Source: Armatimonadota bacterium
GTDB lineage: Bacteria; Armatimonadota; HRBIN16
Length of the DNA: 64,000 nt
Assembly (NCBI GenBank): GCA_942492855.1
Contig: OW818647.1
Location: 1,142,264 to 1,206,263 of the forward strand
Reading direction: 5' to 3'
Shown: positions 57,986 to 64,000 of the stretch, one piece after another
How positions within the stretch are numbered: the first letter of the stretch is position 1
Layout of the letters: the number at the start of each line of letters is the position of its first letter
The notes under the pieces: generated by a model
What the model was told of the DNA's origin: nothing
The model's input: only the letters and a program-made list of their open reading frames with translations
Databases searched by the model: none
Program-made: the position numbers and the translations under genes

Positions 57986-58632
57986 AAATAGTGCGACCCT
58001 CTATCCTATCTGCCGTAGGCAGAGGTTGACGTCGTAGACGCTTTTCGGATAGAGGGCCATTTGCATCTTTATATTACCACAGTCTGTATACTTAAGATGT
58101 TAAATATCCAGGCATTTTTACCATATTTCCATAGGTTCAAAATCACTGTTACTCATCGACCTTATCCGCATACAGTATGCTCCTACTTTTAGTCTCAGTG
58201 AGGTGACTGCCAACGACACGGGCACTAATACTTTAGTTGGCTGAAGTTAGACTTAAGTTCAACTCGATTCTGAGTCAGTAATACCAGATTTTGTGCTTAA
58301 AACTGCTGATTCTGTATTGATGACAAGATGTTCTAATACGTAATTAACTGCTGATTTTTATGTAAGTTTACTAAAATGTGACTCATTTTGTGCTTGAAAT
58401 CTAGGAAATATGGCCAGTCTATTCAGTAATTATTCAACAATAAATAAGTAATTAATCGGTGAGGTTCGCTTTTCGCACCCCCCATCACACCAAGGACACG
58501 GTACGCCATGTCTCTACCTCCGCGTCCTCCTCGCCTCCTCCACTCCTATCCTATTCCCTCCCCCCTTTGCGCCAGCACGACAGATGCACCATAATACACA
58601 TAAGACCACCATCCGAAAGGAAGACCATTCCA

Positions 58633-60825
58633 ATGAGCAGTGCAAACATCACCCGCAGGAAACCAGCCGCCGTGAAGTTCGTGAAATACCACGGCGTGCC
58701 CACGCTCACCATCAACGGCAAGCCGCACCCCGGCACGATGTGCATCTACTACGGCAACTCGCCGGAGTATATCCGCTACTTCTCCAAGGCGGGGGTGAAG
58801 CTGTTTGACTTCACCAACACGGCCTCGGCGCCGTTCTGGGAGGGGTTTGGCGGGCAGCTTTGGTCGGCGCCGGACAAGTTGGACTACACGAGCTTTGACA
58901 ACATGGTGGCGGGGGTGCTCAAGGCCGATCCGGAGGCGTACATCCTGCCGAGGCTGGACATCCGCGCACCCGACTGGTGGCTGGACTCGCACCCAGACGA
59001 CCTCTCGATCTACGAGGCGGACGACGGCACCCGTAAGCTGATGCCATCGCAAAGCTATGTGGATGGCCTGGTGAATGCCGGCTTCGCATTGAACTCGTCC
59101 ATGACGAAGCCGATGCCCAGTTGGGCCTCCGAAGCGTGGCGGACCGACACCTGCAAGGCCCTCCGGGAGCTGGTGAAGCACGTCGAACAGTCGCCGTATG
59201 CGGATCGGGTGATCGGCTTCCACCTCGCCAGCGGGGCCAGCCAGGAGTGGTTCATGTGGCAAAGCGAGTTTGAAGGCATCACCACCGACTTCTGCAAGGC
59301 CAACACCACACTCTTTCGGACGTGGCTGAGCACAAAATACCGCACCGACAGGGCACTTCAGATCGCCTGGAGGCAGCCCAACGTTACATTCGAAACCGCC
59401 GTCCCCCCACCCTCGAGTGTCCGCAGGAAGACCGAGTTTGGCCAATTGCGCGACCCCGCGAAGGAGCAGTGGACGATCGACTACCTCATCTACAACTCGT
59501 GGATGACGGCAGACACCATCGAGTGCCTGGCGCAGGCTGTCAAGAACGCCTCCGGCGGCAGTAAACTCGTCGGGGCGGCATATGGCTATGTGGTCGGACT
59601 GGCCGGTGAGCCCCGGCAGCAGAACTCCGGTCACCATGACCTCGATCGGCTTCTGCACAGCCCGAACATCGACTTCCTGTATAGCCCGGCGTTGTATTGG
59701 GAGTTCCGCGCACTCGGCGTGGGTACCCCCGCCACGATGTCCCTGCCAGGCAGCGTCGCGCTGCACGCGAAGGGCTGGATCAACGAGACCGACTTCGTCA
59801 CCTCTATCACAGAGAAGGGCTACAGCGAGGCGTCGGGCGTGGATGAGGACTCTCTGCAGCAGCGCCGCGCACAGGGCTGGATCATGGCAAACGGCATCAT
59901 GCAGGGTTGGTTCAACGTGGGTAACATCAACTATGAGCACCCACTGCTTCAAAAAGAGATCGCCAATCTGACATCTCTCGCGCAACGGGCGCAGACCTGC
60001 GACCGGTCACCGGTGGATAAAATGGCTTTTGTAGTCGATCCGAAGAGCGTGTTCTATCATGGAATCGGCGGCCTGATGGGGCGCGAACTGCTGATGATGC
60101 AGTTACCAGCACTCGTCCGTTATGGCGGCGCGTCTGGCGCCTACTCGCTATCTGACCTGGACAAAATCCGGAAACATAAAGTGTTCCTGTTCGCGAATGT
60201 CATGGCGCCGACCGATGCGGAGCGCAGGCAGATCGACGCGCTCAAGCGCGACGGCAACATCCTGATCTTCCTGTATGCCCCTGGGGCCTACCGCCATGAT
60301 ACGATCGACATGGGTGCGATGCGGGCGATGACGGGCATCGAGATCAAACGGGGTGGACCATCGGCGAACTTGCACATCACCATCAAGAACGACGACGCGG
60401 CCTATTCCAGCTTGAACGGCCTCGGCTACGGCACCATGCGGAAAGTGGATCCCGTGTTTGTAGCTGATGATCCTGACGCCGTGGTTCTGGGCCGCCTTGA
60501 TGACGGTCGGCCAGGGCTGGTCGTCAAACGGCACAGCCACTGGACCTCGATATACTCATCGTCGCCGTTAATACCGGCGGAGCTGATTAGAGCGATCGCC
60601 GCAGAAGCGAATATCCACATGTACGCGAAGGCGGGCGATGCGCTCTGGGCCACAAAAGAGGTGGTCACCATCTCGGTGAACGAGGCGGGTGAGCGTGAGA
60701 TCCTTCTGCCCGAGAAGCGTCGCGTTTATGATGCCTACGATGCGCGTGATCTTGGCATCACCGACCGCTTTACAGTCAATATCGCCAAGAAGGACACGCG
60801 GGTGTTCTTCACCACGCGTTCATAA
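58633..60825 (+). CDS. Glycoside hydrolase, GH42/beta-galactosidase-like family (tentative)
   Basis: A 730-aa TIM-barrel-like N-terminal half and a trimerisation-like C-terminal half. I start it at MSSANITRR; the track ORF begins at 58459. Confidence 0.45.
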   Translation: MSSANITRRKPAAVKFVKYHGVPTLTINGKPHPGTMCIYYGNSPEYIRYFSKAGVKLFDFTNTASAPFWEGFGGQLWSAPDKLDYTSFDNMVAGVLKADPEAYILPRLDIRAPDWWLDSHPDDLSIYEADDGTRKLMPSQSYVDGLVNAGFALNSSMTKPMPSWASEAWRTDTCKALRELVKHVEQSPYADRVIGFHLASGASQEWFMWQSEFEGITTDFCKANTTLFRTWLSTKYRTDRALQIAWRQPNVTFETAVPPPSSVRRKTEFGQLRDPAKEQWTIDYLIYNSWMTADTIECLAQAVKNASGGSKLVGAAYGYVVGLAGEPRQQNSGHHDLDRLLHSPNIDFLYSPALYWEFRALGVGTPATMSLPGSVALHAKGWINETDFVTSITEKGYSEASGVDEDSLQQRRAQGWIMANGIMQGWFNVGNINYEHPLLQKEIANLTSLAQRAQTCDRSPVDKMAFVVDPKSVFYHGIGGLMGRELLMMQLPALVRYGGASGAYSLSDLDKIRKHKVFLFANVMAPTDAERRQIDALKRDGNILIFLYAPGAYRHDTIDMGAMRAMTGIEIKRGGPSANLHITIKNDDAAYSSLNGLGYGTMRKVDPVFVADDPDAVVLGRLDDGRPGLVVKRHSHWTSIYSSSPLIPAELIRAIAAEANIHMYAKAGDALWATKEVVTISVNEAGEREILLPEKRRVYDAYDARDLGITDRFTVNIAKKDTRVFFTTRS

Positions 60826-60848
60826 CAAACACAGAGGTCAAACAGCAG

Positions 60849-63644
60849 ATGCGGTTTTTCGTAGATGATTTCAAGCAGGGCACCAGCGGTGACGATGGAG
60901 CGGCGATCCGCAAGGCGATCGAGGCCGCGATCGCATCCAAAAAGGCCTCTGAGGTGGTGTTTGACGCCCGCAAATACCGCGTGGCACCCTTACCCGATGA
61001 GGCAAACTTCGAGATGGGTTCTCTGTTCATCCGGAATGGCTCCAATATCACACTGCGCGGCGCGGGTGAAGCCACCACGCTGGTCTTCACCAACCCTCTT
61101 GCGGGCGGAGTGGCGTTTGAGAAATGCCGCAACGCGGTCATCCGTGACCTGCAGATCGACTGGGAGCCGGTGCCCTACGCCTTCGGCACGGTGGTGAGCG
61201 TGGACGAAAAAGGCGACAGCTACGATCTGGAGCTGGACGCGGCATCCATGGACTTCAACCACGAGGCCTTCACCAAGGCGCGGCTGCAGTTCGCTATGAC
61301 GGTCAAGCCCGATGCGGAATATGGCGTCGTGCGATATGGTCCGGGTGTGATTCAAGGCGTGACGATGAAGCACATCACAGGCCGTCGCTGGCGGGTGAGC
61401 AAGCTGAGCGATGTGCCAGCGTGGTTCCGTCCGACGATCACCCCCGGTGCCGGGTATGTCCACCTCACGCGGTCATACTCGGGTTCCGGCGTCTGCTTCT
61501 CTGAGTGTACGGATGCGAAAGCGGAGCGTGTGCATATTTTATCGTCTCCTGCGCTCTGCTTCTATCCGACCAACAACGACGGCAACATATCCTATCTTGA
61601 TTGCCATGTGAAGGTTGGGAAAGGCCACCTGATCTCCACCAATGCCGACGGCGTGCATGCGCCTGGCAACCGCGGCGTGCTTCGGATCGAGCGCTGCTCA
61701 TTTGAGGGCATGGCAGACGACGCCATCAACGTGCGCGGTACCACGCTGCTGCTCAACCAGGTGATTTCACCGACCGAGGTGGCCATTTCGCGCTTGAACT
61801 ACGAGCCCAAACTTGGCATGAAGATGATCATCTACGATGGCCGTACCCTGAAGGAGAAGGCGCGGGTCACCGTCGCTTCGGCCGATCCGGTGGCCGCGCT
61901 GACCCGCGTGCGCTTTACGGAGCCGGTGGAGGGCATGGTGGGCGGCAGCTCCTTCGCCGATGGCGACCGTATCTACAACCTGCCTGTCTCGAAGACGCCC
62001 TTCATCGTGCGCAACTGCCGCTTCAAGGCGTTTCGGGGACGCGGGATTTTGGCCAGTTCCATCGGCGGGGTGATCGAGCACAACCTGTTTGAAAACAACG
62101 AAGGGTGGGGCATCGACCTGGGATTTGGTGAGCGCATCTGGGGCGAGGGGCCAGCACCTCAGAACCTGTTGATTGCACACAACCGGTTCGTGGGCCGGGG
62201 CGGATATCTGGCCTCCATCACCGTGCGGGTGAGTGCCGCGGAGTATATCGACGCACCAGAAAACAGCGGTCGGATACTAATGGATAACCTGACGGTTCGC
62301 GACAACCGCTTCGAAAACCTGACCGCTCCGGCGTTACAGCTCAGAAGCGTGGCGGGGGTCGTGTTGGAGAACAACAGGCTGGTGGGGAGCCGCGATAAAC
62401 GGCGGGTCACGCACCAGTACTTCGCTGGGCCGGCAACGGCGGTCGATATGGACTACTGCTCCGGTGTGACGGTGGAGGGCCTGAAGGTTCAAGACCCGCT
62501 ATATAAACTCGACATGCGGGTGGGTAGTCTGGTGCCCGCCGGAAAGGACGGCCTCATCGTGAAGCAAACGGGGCTGCGCATCAAGGACGAACGGATTGAC
62601 ACCGTGGGCGTGACGATGGGTGTCATCCGCTGGGATGCGTGGTTCACCGATGCCTTCAATCCGTATGCCGATAATCTGGCCGACAAACGCTGGCACGGAC
62701 GGCTGCCTTTCTACGCCAAAGTACTCTCCGACACCAAGGTGCAGATATACGGCGACACTCAGAAGGTGGTCGATCAAGAAATCGCCTACGCCAAAAACGG
62801 CGGTGTGGACTACTTCGTGTTCCCCTTCCACTACCCGGATGTGCGTGAGGACGGCTTCCGGCACGACAAGATGATCAAGGCGAGAGAGCTCTACCTGGCA
62901 AGCAAGCATAAAGATGATGTGAAATTCTGCATGCTGGACAGCCCTGGCCATGCCTATCAGCTATACAAGACCGACCCCCGCAACCCCAACGACAAGCGGA
63001 CGCAAGAACTGATCGGTTTAATGAAGCGGCCGAACTATCAAACCGTGGCAGGCGGACGCCCGCTGCTCTATCTGATGTTCTGGAACCCCGATGAGCGGCT
63101 GGGTGGGGGCACGAAAGTCTCCTTCTTTGATACCGCGGAGAACGGCCGCGGCTGGCTGGATGCTCTTCGCAAGCGGGTGATGGAGGCCGGTCTGCCGAAC
63201 CCCTACCTGGTCGCGCTGGCGCAGACGCCTGAAGGCGGGGCTTCGATCACCACGGACGGCGGTCTGGATGCCATCAGTGCCTACACCAGTTGGGGTGGGC
63301 CCGACTACGCAGGTCTGTGTGCGGCGCATGTGCGGTTCTGGGATGCCATGAAGGCCACCGGTATGAAGGTGATACCCAACCTTGGTGCAGGTTGGGGTGG
63401 TCCCCGCGATGGCTCTGGCGACAAGCTGCAGCCCAAACCGGGTGAGATTGGGGCGCATTTGACGTCCGCCCTCAAGTGGATCGACGCCAACCCCAAATCC
63501 GCCGAAGCCAGGACGATGCTGTGGTATGCCTGGAACGAGATCGACGAGGGCGGCTGGCTGATCCCCGACAAGGGCCAGGGCACAGCGAAGCTGGACGAGA
63601 CCGGCCGCGTGATGCGGGTGTATCGCGGGGATAGGGGGCGGTAG
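60849..63644 (+). CDS. Pectate-lyase-superfamily beta-helix protein with an extra C-terminal alpha/beta domain of about 370 aa (GH-like). Paralog of 2293..4047.
   Basis: The N-terminal motif DDFKQGTSGDDGAAIRKAIEAA matches the PF12708-like N-terminus. RCSFEGMADDAINV matches the paralog, and beta-helix repeats run through about residue 560. Confidence 0.6.
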   Translation: MRFFVDDFKQGTSGDDGAAIRKAIEAAIASKKASEVVFDARKYRVAPLPDEANFEMGSLFIRNGSNITLRGAGEATTLVFTNPLAGGVAFEKCRNAVIRDLQIDWEPVPYAFGTVVSVDEKGDSYDLELDAASMDFNHEAFTKARLQFAMTVKPDAEYGVVRYGPGVIQGVTMKHITGRRWRVSKLSDVPAWFRPTITPGAGYVHLTRSYSGSGVCFSECTDAKAERVHILSSPALCFYPTNNDGNISYLDCHVKVGKGHLISTNADGVHAPGNRGVLRIERCSFEGMADDAINVRGTTLLLNQVISPTEVAISRLNYEPKLGMKMIIYDGRTLKEKARVTVASADPVAALTRVRFTEPVEGMVGGSSFADGDRIYNLPVSKTPFIVRNCRFKAFRGRGILASSIGGVIEHNLFENNEGWGIDLGFGERIWGEGPAPQNLLIAHNRFVGRGGYLASITVRVSAAEYIDAPENSGRILMDNLTVRDNRFENLTAPALQLRSVAGVVLENNRLVGSRDKRRVTHQYFAGPATAVDMDYCSGVTVEGLKVQDPLYKLDMRVGSLVPAGKDGLIVKQTGLRIKDERIDTVGVTMGVIRWDAWFTDAFNPYADNLADKRWHGRLPFYAKVLSDTKVQIYGDTQKVVDQEIAYAKNGGVDYFVFPFHYPDVREDGFRHDKMIKARELYLASKHKDDVKFCMLDSPGHAYQLYKTDPRNPNDKRTQELIGLMKRPNYQTVAGGRPLLYLMFWNPDERLGGGTKVSFFDTAENGRGWLDALRKRVMEAGLPNPYLVALAQTPEGGASITTDGGLDAISAYTSWGGPDYAGLCAAHVRFWDAMKATGMKVIPNLGAGWGGPRDGSGDKLQPKPGEIGAHLTSALKWIDANPKSAEARTMLWYAWNEIDEGGWLIPDKGQGTAKLDETGRVMRVYRGDRGR

Positions 63645-63715
63645 TCAAGAAGGATTCCAACCAATCGATGGGGAAACAAGCCATGTAGTTGAATAATCGT
63701 CAAAGGAGTTATCAA

Positions 63716-64000
63716 ATGGGCCTAGATTCAGGTGGCTACATTTGTCCCAGGTGCCAATTCAAACAGGGGTATTATACGCCGTTCTGTCCAAACTGCGGCC
63801 GAGATCATGGTGGGTCTGATGGCCCAAACAAGGTAAATGACCCACCGCCGGAGCTTAACGCCCAGACGGAGCTGCTCTATGTAGCGAAACAGAACAACAC
63901 CCTTCTCAGAATCTGCCTGGCGATATTAGTTGTACCGCTGGTGTTAAAGGTAGTGGGGATGATTATCATGTATCTATTCGAAAATTCAATCAGCAGGTCT
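63716..64000 (+). CDS. Small zinc-ribbon membrane protein (CPRC...CPNC, AQTELL, TM helix). Paralog of 42863..43189. It is open at the window end.
   Basis: The start MGLDSGGYICPRCQF has AAAGGAG 8 nt upstream. No stop is reached before position 64000. Confidence 0.5.
   Translation, partial: MGLDSGGYICPRCQFKQGYYTPFCPNCGRDHGGSDGPNKVNDPPPELNAQTELLYVAKQNNTLLRICLAILVVPLVLKVVGMIIMYLFENSISRS

Noticed and set aside
1-64000. tRNA or rRNA genes, including possible tRNA integration sites at island borders
   Set aside because: No T-loop (GTTCRANYC) with matching acceptor-stem pattern or rRNA-like segment was recognised by eye. The GGTTCGCGAACC strings are parts of the palindromic repeat family. tRNAscan/Infernal would be decisive.

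Overview
This 64-kb window is bacterial chromosomal DNA with mostly GC-rich genes. It carries core housekeeping genes: gyrA, recA, uvrA, a two-gene split metH, a yitJ-like bifunctional homocysteine methyltransferase/MTHFR, queC-queF, apgM and gpsA. It also carries carbohydrate-active genes: two pectate-lyase-superfamily beta-helix paralogs, a GH42-like hydrolase, ThuA, PfkB kinase and alcohol dehydrogenases. There are three regions that look AT-richer by eye (no GC content was computed), which appear to be acquired islands. Island 1 (about 13.7-18.3 kb) holds an Abi_C-like gene, small membrane proteins and the N+C-terminal remnant of an MmeI-type type IIG RM gene. Island 2 (about 32.8-34.4 kb) is a PIN-like two-gene module beside recA. 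Island 3 (about 52.3-58.4 kb) holds a Rad50/RloC-like AAA_13 zinc-hook ATPase, a frameshifted Abi_2 gene and a DUF3800 gene with an in-frame TAA, so it reads as a decayed defence island. Nearly every long intergenic gap is filled with several families of nested, hairpin-forming interspersed repeats that look like MITEs. The most interesting locus is at 7.3-13.3 kb. A secreted/membrane protein ends in an imperfect 12-nt tandem repeat that encodes (Ala-Cys-His-Ser)n. It is translationally coupled to an enzyme with a PqqD-like RRE (RiPP recognition element) followed by a radical SAM core and a SPASM domain, and then a polytopic membrane protein follows. This resembles a RiPP/peptide-maturation module that I do not recognise as belonging to any named class. 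The rSAM gene has been cut 48 codons before its end by an IS4-superfamily insertion sequence, with 18-bp target duplication and imperfect terminal inverted repeats. Other points: a rubredoxin gene with a TTG start that is absent from the ORF track; a PFL-like glycyl-radical enzyme with a textbook Tat signal peptide and no activase nearby; a conserved ~25-aa micro-ORF present twice in island 1; a beta-lactamase-family gene with an in-frame TAA and a tandem duplicate of its 3' half; and zinc-ribbon membrane paralogs. Caveat: at two places (near 34140 and 35520) my reading of the printed sequence disagreed by one base with the supplied ORF track, so base-level coordinates that I derived myself may be off by 1-2 nt.
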